Assembly (NCBI GenBank): GCA_029953675.1
Contig: JAMWBK010000002.1
Location: forward strand, 2,666,001-2,730,000
DNA from: Rhodosorus marinus CCMP1338
Taxonomy: Eukaryota; Plantae; Rhodophyta
Direction of reading: 5' to 3'
Length of the DNA stretch: 64,000 bases
Of this stretch, positions 50,596 through 62,990 are shown piece after piece; positions within the stretch are counted from its first letter, which is position 1, and each line of letters opens with the position of its first letter. The translations under genes were made by a program, and so were the position numbers. The notes beneath the pieces are model-generated. The model made no database searches and was not told where the DNA came from. It was given only the letters and a program-made list of their open reading frames with translations.

Positions 50596-52440
50596 TTAGA
50601 ATGAGTGCGATACCGGTTCTTGACCTTGTGGTGAAGGAGGTGGGAAAACCTCAGTCTTCTTTACGTGCCGCGAAGCTGCTGGTTTTGTGGTTCTCATGGG
50701 AGGTGCTTTGTCTGGCATCTCTCGCCGGGAAACCCTACTTGTGGTCATTGTCCAATGTGGATCACGCCAACATGGATAATGTGGCGGAAGTTTTGAAAGA
50801 GTAGTCTGATCCTGAAGTGGTGAAGCTACTGTGTACTTCTGCAGTATCCGCACATGCACGTGTTCGAACGAGAGCTCAACGCCCTCGCTCAGGACAGATA
50901 GCATCGACGAAACGCTTTCGCCACGTTCCGTTCAGGGCTTGTCATTGCCTAGTTTTTCGTCACTCCGGGGACCCGGCATTCGGAGATGCTGGTCGCCTCC
51001 AGTAGTCTAGCAATCTAAAGATCTTTTGGGTCGCATTGAAACTTGTATTGTGTAAATCCCCGATTCTGTCAGCAGCTTTAGCATCGACAAGGATAAATTT
51101 CCACTGAGATGGACGCAGCGATAGCGGTGAGGATCAGCGCGTATTTCCCAAACACTACTATTGAGTGCCTTGACTAGCATCGACAATCGAAAATGGAGTC
51201 TAGCTTCTGGTCGACCATGGCCTATACATGATTTTCCTGTAGAAATGTATACGGTCTCGGGGTCCTCATGTATGCCCGAGATACGCTCTATTGAAATGCT
51301 CCGGTGTGAGTGTTCATTCTCCTCCAAAGTTTGTAGTCTGCTTTTCCGCCGAACTTTTGGAACTCTTCGTCTTGACGTGGGAAAAATCTGATCCCGTAAC
51401 AGCTAATGTCAAAGCCTTCTCGATGGTGGTCAAAGCAGTTGCAGTCCTGCCCAGGAAACAGCATCAGGTGTGCTAAGCTACTTTGAGATGGGATGGCGTG
51501 CACCGTTCCTTTCGCGAGGATGATCATGAAGTGACAAAACTGAAGTGCACAGATTATGGAATGGCGCAGCGATAGGGGATGTCGTGCTTGACGACGGGGA
51601 AGACTATGCACACGAAATGGAGTGGTAGAAGCCAAATTGTTTTAAAAAAATGGTGAAAAGGGGCTACAGATTCAGACGGACATCCAAATCTTTGGGAATG
51701 CGTGCACCACCAATAGGTTGAGCAGAAGTCTCCGATCTTTGAAAACGTCATGTGGATCAAGGTACCACCTCGGTTAATAACGACGAAAACGCCTCCACGC
51801 CACTGACAACATCCATCTGACAGATCAAAACGAAGCATTGGCAATGCAGTTTACTTTCCCTGCATCTTTAATTACCCTGCTTTGAAGACCACTACAGAGC
51901 TCGCAAACCCCGACGAGCTACGTGCTGGGACTTCCGTTTATTGCGGCTCACGCCGCAGCCTTGTTTCCCAATGAACCGTATCTCTGATCCAGGTTATTAC
52001 ATTGCACTCAAGTCCAGACAAGAGTTTCCTGCTCCTGTTGTTTGGACACCTAAACATATCTGTACAGCGGATCTTGTCCCGCGACGAACTGGGATGAAAA
52101 GAGGTTCTCGAAAATTTCGGCGAAGCATCCGCCTACATTGAAATGTTCTGTGATGGTGGTTGCCACGTCGATTGCTGGATCGGTAGCGGCACGAGGCGGA
52201 ATGTTTTAGCAGCAGGGTCCAGCCCGGGATCGCTTCCAAGGGACAATCAGAATAAGTCTAACAGACTGATAGTCCGTCGGCGGAAATGACCAGTTGCTAC
52301 AAGGCTAGTCAGAACTCCTCGGTAATTAAATTGGATACATTTCTATCCTTCTAACCGCATGCTGCTGTAGTCGAGTCTTGTCCAACCATCTACTGCACTA
52401 AATCAACTTCTCCACCGTTAGGATTCCTCCAACAGCAACT
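50596..52440 (-). mobile_element. Decayed Ty3/gypsy integrase region
   Basis: In the right order on the minus strand: GNHHHRTF..RMLRRNFREP...VQICLGVQ (HHCC-like), RFDLSDG...GVFVVINR..LIHM...RFGCPSES (core-like), STGKSCIGHGRPEAR, and EHVHVRILQKY (cf. VFHVSLLK.Y). Confidence 0.5.
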
Positions 52441-55174
52441 CAAACAAGAGTACTTGACTTATGCACATCAATCAGTTTGGTCCACTTTGTCCCATTTCTT
52501 TTTGGACAAATCATTGGAATTGATTTACCCCTTGCTACGATTTTGCAAAAAAACCCTGCCGTCGTACCACCCGCAAACTACCGCTCTCTCTCCCCCCCCC
52601 CAAACCCGCTTGTCAACCCATGGCTCAAATTTATTCTGTAATAGTAAAAGTCATATCGCTTGTAGCAATAGTTTTAGAAGGCATCTATAAATAATAAAAT
52701 AATTCAAGGAAATCTACAGCTATAAGTAACGTTTTTTGGAATCAACTGAAAAAAATATTGGAAAGACTAAACTACGCGAAATATATAAAATGTAAACAAT
52801 GTTACCGGTATGTTGACCAACAGGCTTTTCAGGTTTCCACCGTAGAACGCTTTTAGTACGGAGTACATTGATGTTCTAAGTAGACAAAAAAAGGAACGAT
52901 ATCCTATTTTATTGTTTGATTTAGGAACCCTAGAGGGCTGTATCTACACAAAGTTGACTGAATCTATGTGCTCTTTCCATCAGGCGCAATCGATTGAACT
53001 TATGCTGTGTACTATTTTTTTGGACATTTTGGATTTCCCAAGCTGAGGTGAGCGGTTATGCGGGCCGAGGACCGTCGGGTTCCAGTCTGCACGAGGAGTG
53101 TCGATAAAAGTGTAGAATCGTGTGCTGTGCAACATGGGGGATGGTTGAAATCATCCAAAATGAGACGAGGAACATTTGGCTCGTTTCTTCTGCTGTGTGA
53201 CTTGTTCACGCACGGCTTTGCTGTTTTTGCATTCTTCCTTTAGTTCGATAGTTCCATAGATCACTCATATATTGACACCAGTGCGGAGGACGATCAATCG
53301 TGTTGGTCCAGTAGCACGACTCTGAAAATAGATCAATGTGAAGAGAAGGGGTGAAAGTTTGCAGCGGTTGACTCGATCAAAGAAAGACACGACAACCCGT
53401 CTCCCTTGTCACCATCCGCAATGAATAGATAGATCCAACAACATCTGCAGGAAGAATAAAATCATCCAGTTGGGAAAAAGGCCTATCTCGACCAACATTT
53501 TTTCATCCGGGGAAGGTCTACAAGAGAATGGTGGGTTGTTCTTAGACGAAGGGACTTTAGGGCTCACTCCGTAAACTGCGAGGCGACGGGTCTCCAGTGA
53601 AAAGGCGCTTCCTGTTATGGCAAAATAGCCCAGCGATAATTCGCTCAATCATTATGAAATTGTACGAAGCACTATAATATAGACTGGACTTTATACCGTA
53701 AAACTCGATCGGAAAATTCGTGAGCGAACCCTACCGTTTCTTGTAGGCTCGGACGCCGATTGGACAGAACAAATACAGACTAGCGGCGTGCGGACTGGAA
53801 CTCCGGGTAAATTGAGTGCACCATTTGTCCTCAAACCCCACTTCTTCGCTCACAAAGGAAAATCGAAACCCCCAAAAACAACCCCCCCCCCTCGCTCGCA
53901 GCACCCACGTTTCTCTTTCCCCCATCTCCCCGAAAACCCATGTTCTAACATTAACTTTTCATATTTTGGTAGTTTTGTGTCATTGTCGAACTTCCTCGTT
54001 GGCACGACTGAATCCGCAACTTCATCAGACAGCGAGTGCGACATTTTCTAGTAAATTCAACTAAGTCAAATTTTATCTTGAAACAAACAGTCACACGCAA
54101 ATTTTTTTCCGGCGTCACTTAAAAAAACTCGAAACCGTAAGCCTCCGAATCCTACCGTTGAAGACTTTGATCGTTTTTACTGTCGATGACATTTTTCCAT
54201 ACATAATTAGACGATATTACAGAGCGGAAAACCTGGGCTGACAAAGATATAAATAGGTTCAAAGACCGCGACCGATGGGCGGTATAAGCGATAAAAATGG
54301 AAAGAGAATAGAAGCTGGAAGACGCACCACGACATATGGAGTCCCAAAAAAATTAAGGACAAATCCCAACCCCTAGCCCCGCCCTCTCTTAGCTAACCCC
54401 CCCTGGCGAAAAAAAGCGGAATGGACGACAGCCGACCGTTTTGCTTTTATTGCGTTTTGTCCGGAACCGGAAAACTATCGACTTGGGACTTATCCAAAAA
54501 GTATCTAAAAGTTCTCTTCTAAACGTGGGTTCCTATTTGCGGAAACTTTTTCTGGGGGTAGAGTAAGGCCTGGACAAACACAGCAGCGGCAGGGTTTGAC
54601 CGTTAAAGATGGGGGGGGGGAGGGGAGCTTGGTCATCCATTTCTTTCTGGCCACCTGTTCCATTATTGTTAAAACTTAAATCCATTCTAGTTTTGCCGGC
54701 CCAATGTCACCGTCTCCCTAACATGCAATCCAGTCCACTCAAACATTGCAATTCTCATTCAGCAAATCAGAACCCTACAAATTAACCAATCGTAGCTCTT
54801 CATTTTTTTTCCAATCACAACCCTACATCTCATCAAATCACAACCCTACATCAAAACCCAGACTTTTTGGTGCGGGAAAGTCCCATCCCCTAACGTAACC
54901 CTACTGTAGAAAGTGAGTAGTCAATCCAAGAAAGCGGGGATAGAGTTCATATTTTTATACTGAATCTTGGTTCTAAATAGTGTCTAGTCATTATCAGTAT
55001 CTCCTCGGTGGAGGTCAAAGTCGAATCTTTCCGCGCATGATGTTGCGCTTCGGGAAGCTATATAATCGCCTGGGGGCAGTGATGAGGAACAGCCGGAGTG
55101 GAGAGACCATCCCATCAAGGAGTTTTCGTGAACAGGACAATTTTGTGGGATTAAGTATATACTAATAAGGAAGA

Positions 55175-55621
55175 ATGGTTGTTGGGTTTGTTCCTGGAGC
55201 GCCTGGAAAGGCAACTGAGCAGAAGAGGGATGAGTCCACCTGCTCTGGCTGGAAGAGACGTGCCAAGTGGAAGCAGGGCAAGTCCTCGGGCGCCGTGAGA
55301 CCGGGAACTCCGGTCACGATGCCGACCCAGACACTCCCTGATATTGCCCAGGGAAGCTCTTTCCAGCAGCTCCGAATCTCCAGCAGGGACCGCCCGCAGT
55401 ACGACTCCTACGACTCGTCGTACGACTCTGCCCCGAGCACTGGATCTGAGATTACCACATGGCATTTGTGGAAGGGAGCCGCTGATGAGAACATCGCTTT
55501 GATGAAGAAGATTCAGATCGAGAGAGACAACCAGATCGTTCGGGTGCTCGAGCAGGATTTGCAATACGTATCCACGTTGAAGAGGAACGTGTCCATGAAG
55601 TTGGACAACTCCCTGAGGTAA
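55175..55621 (+). CDS. Small uncharacterised, probably plastid-targeted helical protein, paralogue B (148 aa, intronless)
   Basis: MVVGFVPGAPG...TCSGWKRRAKWKQGK...HLWKGAADENIALMKK...KLDNSLR*; aligns with paralogue A. Confidence 0.88.
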   Translation: MVVGFVPGAPGKATEQKRDESTCSGWKRRAKWKQGKSSGAVRPGTPVTMPTQTLPDIAQGSSFQQLRISSRDRPQYDSYDSSYDSAPSTGSEITTWHLWKGAADENIALMKKIQIERDNQIVRVLEQDLQYVSTLKRNVSMKLDNSLR

Positions 55622-55849
55622 AAATCTTTTGAGGGAGTAACTTACTTCCCGTTTGTTTTTCAAATTAGTTAAGACTTACGAATAAAATTCCTTTCATCAT
55701 CGAAATCCGCTCATTATCGAGGCCGAACAATTTGTGGAGAATTTTCACCCGACTCTTGTCCGGCTTTTGTCCCTCAAGTCACCTCAAGAGCCAGTTGTTT
55801 CTAGAGCACATGTGCTGTCTATCATACAGTAGTTGGGGTCTCATATGAA

Positions 55850-56500
55850 ATTCTCCTACAGCAGTGCAACACGACGACGACGGAGACCTTTACCATCCAA
55901 GTTGAATCGCGAGACAGCGTTCAAGGAAATGGACTTAGTTCATCATGTGCGTGTGGGAAAGGCATTGCTATTTAAAAACATGCAAACGGTGTCTCCACAA
56001 ACCAGGATGGGACTTTATGCGGTAAGATGCTCTGGTATCAACTACCAATTCCGTCTCTTTCGCTGGATTGTTTAATTTCTAGTACCCCCGTCTTGGCCGC
56101 ACATTCAGAAGCCGACGTATACCAGAACAAGGTATCATAACAACGGGCCATGCTTACGACGGATTATTACTGCAAGTCACGCGGAACCTGCCCGCACCCA
56201 TACGTAGATGGCCAACGACCGCGCACACATTGGAACTCGTATACTCTACAGAACAAAATCTCTTCTTTAGCGGCGTCTGTCACCCACACGGAAGCAGAGA
56301 AAATGTCGAGGCACCATCCTCTGGTGGGAGCAAAAACAGTATGATTTCAGGTGCTATAGAGAGCCGAAAAATAGGAAAACCCAAAGGCAAACTGTGCCAA
56401 TGCACTCATCCGGTAATTTTGGGGGTAGTAGAGGTTACAACTTTCAGCGATCGCCCTTCGCGAATGAGGAAGAGCCAGACTTGACAATCTATAAACTCGA
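55850..56500 (+). mobile_element. Possible decayed gypsy integrase remnant
   Basis: HHVRVGKAL...YAVRC and QLPIPSLSLDCL (cf. PLPIP..SMDF) in different frames; weak. Confidence 0.2.
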
Positions 56501-57513
56501 GACCGGGACTGCAGATGATGCTTTCCTGAAGACCCCGGACCCCATGAGATAGTCAGAAGCCAGGCCGTCTCTTAGCGGCTAAGCCAATCCGTCGCCCGCA
56601 CCGCCTAACCGTCACATCCCATCCCCCCCAAAATTCCGCATACAACATCACTCTAAAACGGGCATACTACCTCAAGCTCCCAAGAAACTTCCAAAATTCA
56701 CCCGCAAATTACCATATGAAATTACATCGAAACTACGTTAAATTCCGTCGTAATTACGCCGCAAAATTTCGTTTCCTAGCGTTTTTTTACAACAAATCGA
56801 GAATACTCTAGAGTGGTCATGAGCCCCAGGGGTTTTCTCGGAGGTCTTCCTGATAAGTTTCTAACACAGTAGGGGGGGGGTGGGGGAGGGGAGGTTGAGT
56901 TTGTGGTGGCGGAATATTGGTTGTTTTATAACATATAAATTGAAATTTTTGAGGTAGAGGCGGAGGCGCGGTGTGAAGTTTGTTTCATGAAAAGGCTAGG
57001 GAAGCGAAGGGGAGAGGGGGGGGGGGGAAAGGGAAGGGCAGAAGGAAGGCACAGGGGGAATTATTGGAGAGTTGTGAGAGTGAGAGACGTGGTTGGGGAG
57101 GGCCTGTGCAGGTGAGGGAAGACGTTTGCAGCTCAGCTGCACATGTTCGGATACGTTCTTGTTTTATTTTTTGTCTTGGTATTTGAGATGGTATGTGAGG
57201 GAAGCGACTGTGTACAGTTTTTAGCGTGAGTGTATTTGTTCCGCTGTTTTTAGGTAGTGGTTAAGAACATGGTTGTGGTGAGGGAGCTTTGAAGTATCTG
57301 GTTGAGTAGTGTGTATCTTTTTGTCGGGAGGGAGGAACAAGAGAGATGTTGTGGGTGGAGTGAGTGGGGGCGTATTTTGTTTCATGATAACGGCTTGGAG
57401 ACAGGCCGTGAGTGAGTATGCAGAGGGGAGTGATAGTGCCGCAAATTTGGTTCGGTTGTTGATTAGTATAGACGAGGGCGGGTTTTAAATGCACGGTTTG
57501 GAGTAGAACTCCC

Positions 57514-60301
57514 ATGGTGAGGATGGGAAGAAGCGACAGAATGACGGCCACGCCTGCGTCCAGCAGAAAACGGGGCCGTTCTCCCGCGGGAAGTGAGGAT
57601 GACGACAACTCTAGAGCAAGCAAAGAGCTGACTTGGTAAGGAAGCGAAGTCAAGGCACAGCGGCTCCGCTGTACTGGCGTCGTGGTCTAGACGAAGTGAA
57701 GCGTTGCTCCGTCTTCTTTACGTTGTTAACAACGTACTCATCCGCTCATTCGTTTTCTTCGAATAGTCCGATCTGCAGAGATCGATTCACCGCGCCCCAC
57801 GAGACTCCTTGCAACCATAGGTTTTGGTATGACACCTTCGGCACCTGCGCCTTTCTCCTGAACTAGTTTTGTTCTGACACTCGCTGCATTGCTGCTATCG
57901 ACAGTTTCAAGTGCATCGAGAGATCCCTTGAACGTGCCCCAGTTTGTCCCGTTCGAAATTGTGGAACTTATTTAACTTTAGAAAGCCTGAAGCCAGTTAC
58001 AATTGGTATGTGGGCACCCAAGCCTGAGACGTTCTGTTCTCGTTTTTCGATCGTATTGATTCACGAAGGGTTGGTAGGAACGCGTTGATCTCGAAATCGA
58101 AGATTGAGACTGACGGGAATCGTTGTATATTGTTTTGAAGATGACCGTCCGGAGAAGGGGAGCAATTCACGTATCCCCGATTCGCCTCAAAGTTCGGGTA
58201 GAATGGGTTCGCCTAAAGCGAGCGCCCTCGGCTGGCCTGGAAGTTCAATAGACGCAGTACATGGCAGAGACGGCATAGCTCCGGTGTCCGGTGACCGCGT
58301 AAGAGGTCTTTTGCAAGGCGACTTTATCCAGAACATGACGAAGGAGGAGCTTATGCAATTGAGACATGGGCTTGGCGAGGTGATAAAAAACAATGCCCTG
58401 AAAGCAGACAATGAACTGGTTCTACGGTCTCTTGAGAAATTTCGGGATGCGAGAATTGAAGAACTGAACAAGCTCCAGCGGGAAGTGGACATACTAAAGA
58501 AGGACGTCTCGATTCTTTCGAGCCGCACGCCATCCCGAAAAGAGGTGGCTGAAGACGATGCTTTCGTGAGAAAGCTCGACAAGATTCGCAACAACGTGGG
58601 GGACTTTGAGCATTTGTGGATCAACGAAGCTTATGGCCCGAATCGACAGAAGGCCTTGGACAGATTTTCCGTTCATGTAAATCATTTCACAAAGTACAAT
58701 CGCTTGGAGCTTATCGCCTCATGGAGACATAGGAGGAGAAACGATACGGATCATAGCTCTCTGTCTGGAGGTAAGCGTAAATTTGGAAGTGCAAATTGGA
58801 TATTCCTGTTGGTCGTGTGGCCTAATATTGACCAAGAGGTTGTGACATCTCTTGGGAAATCATCTATTTAGACACGTATACCCAGGCGAACATTGTATCA
58901 AGTATTGAGCTGGACAAGGAATGCAGAAGAGTCGCAACAGCTGGCGTGCTGAGGCAGATTAAAATTTTTGAAGTCGACAACCTCAGGGACAGGTCGGTCA
59001 AGATGCACTTTCCTATTCAGGAGTTTGCGACGAAAGCAAAATTGAGCAGCTTGAGTTGGAACAAGCATATTTCAAATCACCTCGTAAGCTGCTCTACATC
59101 TCCTGAGTACTTGGAACCAATCACAGCCAATTGTTCTAACGCTACAGTCCCCTCCTGCAGATAAGTGCCGACTACAACGGTGTCGTGAGTTTGTGGGATG
59201 CCGATCAGGGAGAGGTGTGTAGCGCTGAAGTTGAACTTGTGTAGATTGCCACTTTATTTGGTCTTTCTCAGCGTCTTGCATCTCTATTTGTGGTTCTCAA
59301 TAACTCAGATCGTACGGGAGTACGAGGAGCATACGAATAAGATTTGGAGCGTGGACTATGCCAAGGCAAGCAACATCTTTGCGTCGGTAAGTAGCTTTTT
59401 GTTTGCTTCCACCTTCTAGTAATACGCGTGCTCGGTTAGCTTATTTGCATATTCACACCCCTCCTGAATTATTTCTGTCAGGGCTCAAACGATACAAAGG
59501 TGATAATCTGGGATTCACTGCAGGAAGCATCAGTTCAGACGATTCCGTCTGAGGATAGCCCGGAGCAGAACAGGTAAGCAAGCTTGGTGGTCCCGTGCTC
59601 ACTTTTCGAATATTCTTAGGTTGTTTCTAACGCGATCTCATACGGTACTAAACCGGGCACTGCGAACAGGGCACAAGTTTGCTGCGTGAGATTTAGCCCA
59701 GAGAGCAACAGCCAGAAGATTGTTTTCGGATGCGCAGACAGCAGCGTACATTGCTATGACCTGCGCTATCCACGCGCTCCTCTGTTCTCCCTTCGGAAAC
59801 ACGACAACGCAGTGTCGTACGTGTCATTTATTAGCAGTCGCCAGCTAGTGACTGCCTCTACGGACTCCACCCTCAAGCTTTGGCAGATCGAGGACAACTC
59901 CCAGGAGCTAGTGCGGACCTTCACTGGCCACAAGAACCAAACAAATTTTGTTGGACTTTCTGTACACGATCAGTTCATATCCTGCGGAAGCGAAGACAAC
60001 AAGGTGTTTAATTACTACACGGGAATATCGAAACCCTGTTTCAGTTATTCGTAAGTGAACCACTGACATGATACGCTGTTTGCTTGATGTTGTTGACCTG
60101 ACCGTGCTCGTATCACGTCCATGTTCATGTCTGTTATCTTGACGCAGATTCGGAGGAAGCGAGCCAGGATCAGACGAGGATATGGAAGCTAGTGGAGCAC
60201 CCCACAAGCCATTCGTCAGCGCAGTATCCTGGCACCCAACGGAAAATCTCCTGTTCGCTGCCAACAGCCAAGGCAGCGTTCGCATGGTGAAAATGGTTTA
60301 A
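57514..60301 (+). CDS. COP1: COP1 E3 ubiquitin ligase (RING, coiled coil, WD40), multi-exon
   Basis: Spliced RING C|PICRDRF..PHETPCNHRFC..CI...CP; coiled coil at about 58350-58520; WD40 segments IELDK...ATAGVLRQIKIFE, KLSSLSWNK, DYNGVVSLWD, EYEEH..KIWSVDY, CCVRFSP, GCADSSVHCYDLR, H..AVSYV.F, TASTDSTLKLW, FTGHKNQTNFVGLS, CGSEDN.V, FVSAVSW, AANSQGSV. Confidence 0.95.
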
Positions 60302-61574
60302 CTTCACTGCGGGTCTGGAGTTTTCGCAACTGTACATTTTAGCGTTTAAGGGGTCTTTTCCAAGCGGCTCTGCGGCTGAGCACATCAAGGCCACTCCTAG
60401 GTACTTGAGATGCTGGCCAACGGTGGGGGCTTTCTGTACAGATTTTTTTGTCGATTTGAGTTGAGAAAGCCATAAACCCGAAAGGATTAATCGAATGGCA
60501 GGAACGGAGAGGCCAATCCTGACGTGCGCATGACTGGACAACCACATTTCGGTGATTGTCCAGTCATTGCTATGTTAGGTGAGAAAACAAGCACTTCGAT
60601 CGGCTGAAAACGTACATTACGAAGCAACTATGGCAGAGCACCTGTCACGTCAGCGCGAGCGCGACAACAGCCCCCGCAATAGGAGCAGCAATTGTTCCGC
60701 ATCGAACAAAAAAAGAACCTGCCGCGTTGTACAGCCTGGGCGGAATCCCCACCACTCGCAATTCTGACCTCCCTCTGATTGTCACGTAATACAGCTATTC
60801 TGGACTGTACAAAAATAATATTTCGTAAATAATTAATGCATATCAATATCATAATACTCAAAATACAGTGGCGACACTTAAAAAATTTAAAGCATCCTCA
60901 CCGAAAAAAAGGAATTACGCCTTTCTGTCCCTAATCAGTCTGAGATCAGCGTCCACATCTTCCAACACAACACGGTCTACCCTGCTTCCAAACCTACCAT
61001 TAAGCTGACAATTGTTCTAATTTTTAAACAATTTTCAGCGTTTCAATCATGTATATGTAACCCCGGGGGGGGGTGGGCGTTCTCGACATCCGGGAAAAAC
61101 TGAATCTGGACGGCGAAAAGTTCTTTATATGGTTTTACTGTGGTACTATTGGGTGATGTATGTTTTTGGGTTAAATTGTAAAAGCCGTTATTTGCGGAAC
61201 GAAGCGAGCATTTTGTGAAACTCCTGATTGGCTTAAGTAATATTGAAAATATATTGTTTTATGAAGAGTTTTGGGCTGGGCCCTTTTTTGAACGAATTTT
61301 GGTTTGAGTGTCTAAGGTTCTTCTACTGCGCGGGGGGTGGGAGTCGGGCGTGTCGGGTGAGGACGTGGGTATGATTTATTGGTGAATGTTGAGGCTGAGA
61401 GGGAGGCGAAGGAGGAGAGTTACAGATACGAACAAGAACGTTTTATTGATAATGCGCTGTGTTAAGGAGTAGCTTGGTAGCAATACTTTAGTATTTCGTT
61501 TGGTATATTTTTAGAACGTTTGGGGAGGGTCCTGGTGTTGTTCCCGGTTGTACTCGCCGGGGTAGGTTTTCGAT

Positions 61575-62990
61575 ATGGGTAGCACCGGGAACCCCCTGGA
61601 GAAGTTGGTATGTTGTCTTTGAGGACGGGCTTGAGTCGATGAAATTCTCTTATCTGACTCCTTGATCTCTTTTGTGGGGCGGCTTTTGCTTTGCTTTGCT
61701 GGCTTTTTTGTCACGAAACCGCTAGCCCTTGCTTGATTGCAAGTATGAGAGCCGGGCGGAATCAAAAGCCAATAGGCGCAGAGCGGTGACGGGTATCGTT
61801 CTTATGTGTGCCGCGTCTGTGAGCTTCGCGGCGATGGCTACCACAGTGCGATGGGGGTCGACAAGTTTGTCCAGCCCGTACTTGGCGTTTACAAGAGCCC
61901 TCATGCAAGGGCTATTTGCGCTCCTGTATTGTGCGAAGTTCAGAATCAATCCCTTTGGGCCGAAGGAAGCACGTGCTGTCCTGGCGCTGCGAGGCGTTAC
62001 TGGGTTTATGGGTGCCACGAGCTACTACTTCACGCTTAGGTTTCTTCCGATTGGAGACGCCAACGGTAAGCACCCAGCCAGCAACACCCACACCTGCCCT
62101 GAGAAACAGCAGCTTACTTCCATTTTTTTGGATAGCATTGACCTTTACTGGTCCAATTATTACAATGGTCATGGCGTCTATATTCCTCGGCGAGAGCTTT
62201 CGTTCTTTCCATGTCTTCGGCGCAGCAGCGGCCTCGATTGGGGTACTTCTTGTTGCTGGCCCCAATGAAATTATTAAGAATCTTAGCAGCTCAGCAGGAG
62301 GGATGACGAGGCTCATTGGAGCATGCTGCGCGCTCAGTCAAGCAGTATGCAGTAGTATGTCTTATCTTGCGATTAGGACGGTCGGCAACAAGGCGAGCTT
62401 TGCCTGTAGCGTGTTTGCGTTTAGTCTGTACGTAGCCCCTCTGATGGCAGTGGAAGGCTGCATCTTGGGAACGCCCGTTTTTATGTTGCCCAGGAGCTCG
62501 AGGGAGTGGCTTGTTATCCTACTAGCCGGTTCGTTTGCACTGTTGGCTAACAGTTTGCTCTCGATGTCTCTGCAGATGGTGGAAGCGAGTAAGTCACCAT
62601 TTTCCGCGTTAATACCTCTAGATATAGATTTACTTCATTGCTCATGCCAACTTAAAGGGAATAGGGAAGCTCTCGCCCATGAGTAACCGGTCGTTAGTGG
62701 ACCGAACCTGTTTCTTCCGAAGGCTTGACTTTTTTTAGTATATATCCGGCTAACCGTTGTGTTGCTTCGCAGGCAAATCTGGACCCGCGAGGAATCTCCA
62801 GCTGCTCTTCGCGTTCCTTTTCGGATGGTTATTCTTGGGAGAAACGCCAAAGATCGAGTCGATTATCGGATCATGTATTATTCTGTCAGCAATATTGTAC
62901 ATTGGGTACAAAACTCTCGAAGAGGAGAGAAACGAGTATCCAGACACTCCATCCCCGTTTCCGCCTGAGACCCCAACCCCAGACATGTAG
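61575..62990 (+). CDS. EamA/DMT drug-metabolite transporter (SLC35G-like), multi-exon
   Basis: GIVL...ASVSFA.M, FTRALMQ, NPFGP....VLALRGVTGFMG...YYF.L.FLP.GDA, FTGPI.T..MA.IFLGE, GVLLVAGP, RNLQLLFAFLFGWLFLGETP...SIIG..II; two EamA repeats. Confidence 0.9.

Noticed and set aside
49340-54905. Scattered AACCCTA(C/G) motifs as telomeric or interstitial telomere repeats
   Set aside because: Not tandem; they occur within promoter-like elements.
56870-57045. Long G-runs as G-quadruplex regulatory elements upstream of COP1
   Set aside because: Homopolymer G/C runs are common throughout this intergenic DNA and their lengths may be sequencing artefacts.
3037-60301. CRY-DASH, COP1 and several transcription factors as a light-signalling gene cluster
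   Set aside because: They are separated by more than 50 kb and many unrelated housekeeping genes, and CRY-DASH is not an established COP1 regulator.
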